From: Promethearchaeota archaeon
GTDB lineage: Archaea; Asgardarchaeota; Lokiarchaeia; Sigyniarchaeales; SOKP01
Direction of reading: 5' to 3'
NCBI GenBank assembly: GCA_011364925.1
Contig: RDOA01000015.1
Span: 8,076 to 72,075 of the forward strand
DNA: 64,000 nt
The notes beneath the pieces are model-generated. The model made no database searches and was not told where the DNA came from. It worked only from the letters and a program-made list of their open reading frames with translations. This document shows, piece after piece, positions 63,046 through 64,000 of the stretch; within the stretch, counting starts at the first letter, position 1, and every line of letters starts with the position of its first letter. Both the position numbers and the translations under genes were made by a program.

Positions 63046-63788
63046 ATTCCACGCAAAAAACAAAAAATAAAGTTTTCTCGTAAATTCGCTTGCAAATATC
63101 TCACACCTATGGGAGATATCGCAAATAGTTTACAACCATTATGCTTTTGTCCAGAAAGAGATTTGGTCTTAGGTAAGAAAGCTTATGTCTGCCAAGTATG
63201 TTCGCTATATGTACAGACTAATCAAAAAGTTTCAGATGTCTATGAAGAAAGTAGAAGGGGAGCAGAGAAAAAAATTAAAGAGAAAAAGATTGAGCTTGAA
63301 GCTTTTGAAATTGCTGAACTTAAAGGCGAGAATGATATCGACTTAACTAGCGATGAATTTGAAGAAGAAGAAGAAGAAGAAGTTCCACTTAAATTTGAAA
63401 AGCGAAAATTAGCTAAAGATGAAGTAGAAGATTCCGAGGAGTTTACAGAGGTTGAATGCCCTTTTTGTGGAGAACTTTTTGACGATCTTCGCTCACACCT
63501 ACAAATCTGCGAGTTTGCTCCTGATGATGCAAGTATTGATGATGTGATGCCTAAGCGAAAGAAAAAGAAGAAATCGCCAGCAACTTCAAAAAAAGATAGC
63601 AAGGGAGCACAAGTTTGTCCTTATTGTGGTAAAGAATTCGTTCGATTGGGTCGCCACCTTTCCTCATGTCCTAAAAAGCCTAAAGATGAAGAAGATGAGG
63701 AGACGAGGAAGAAGATGAGGAGGAGGAAGAAGACGAGGAAGACGATGAGGAGGATGAGGACGAGGATTTCGATGAGGATGACTATTAG
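63046..63788 (+). CDS. Tandem C2HC zinc-finger protein with acidic tail (probable ATT start; frameshift near 63701)
   Basis: CPFC..HLQIC and CPYC..HLSSC; frame open upstream to (I)PRKKQKIK; D/E tail continues in the -1 frame to TAG at 63788. Confidence 0.75.
63685..63785 (+). repeat. GAN triplet low-complexity tract (poly-Asp/Glu codons)
   Basis: Run of GAT/GAA/GAG/GAC triplets with one phase break. Confidence 0.85.
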
Positions 63789-63860
63789 AAGGACTAATCT
63801 TATATAAATAAAACTTCAAATTATCCATTTAATAATCTTAACTTTTTTTCAACAATTATT

Positions 63861-64000
63861 ATGACACAAAACGAAAGAATTTATTATTGTGAACCTGTAT
63901 TTCGCCCTCCTTCTGAGCATAATTCACTGTTAATTCAATTGACTGAAGGATGTACGTTTAAATGCGATTTCTGTATGTCAAATCTTAGAAAGAATTTTAT
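63861..64000 (+). CDS. Radical SAM protein, 5' part (same subfamily as 56447-57355)
   Basis: Manual translation: MTQNERIYYCEPVFRPPSEHNSLLIQLTEGCTFKCDFC... Confidence 0.88.
   Translation, partial: MTQNERIYYCEPVFRPPSEHNSLLIQLTEGCTFKCDFCMSNLRKNF

Noticed and set aside
1-64000. CRISPR arrays, rRNA/tRNA genes, IS elements or proviruses
   Set aside because: No spaced direct repeats, structured GC-rich RNA segments, transposases, integrases or capsid genes were seen by eye.

Overview
AT-rich, gene-dense archaeal DNA with about 55 genes. I found no rRNA, tRNA, CRISPR array or intact mobile element. The gene content points to an Asgard archaeon, probably Lokiarchaeia (inference): an actin-related protein, a di-glycine ubiquitin-fold protein, a JAMM/MPN isopeptidase, a Rab-like GTPase, two longin-like proteins and a Loki-type LRR protein sit among archaeal information-processing genes (endA-like, PINA ATPase, SF2 helicase). 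The rest is acyl-CoA, purine and folate metabolism (acyl-CoA ligase, crotonase, CoA transferases, folD, purH, guaB). Main leads: (1) an actin-related protein with an intact D-loop, substituted hydrolysis residues and a double zinc-ribbon insertion; (2) a co-oriented SIRT6/7-like sirtuin, CoA-transferase::Pat-type GNAT fusion and ACT gene, a candidate lysine-acylation writer/eraser module; (3) dispersed ubiquitin/UFM1-like parts, including a UFL1-like HEAT plus winged-helix protein and a JAMM-SNAP/TPR fusion next to a tandem C2HC zinc-finger protein; (4) an SSUH2-like zinc-finger protein; (5) two genes that appear to start at ATT; (6) a GC-rich cupin gene that looks recently acquired. All family assignments come from motif recognition and recalled reference sequences, not from database searches.
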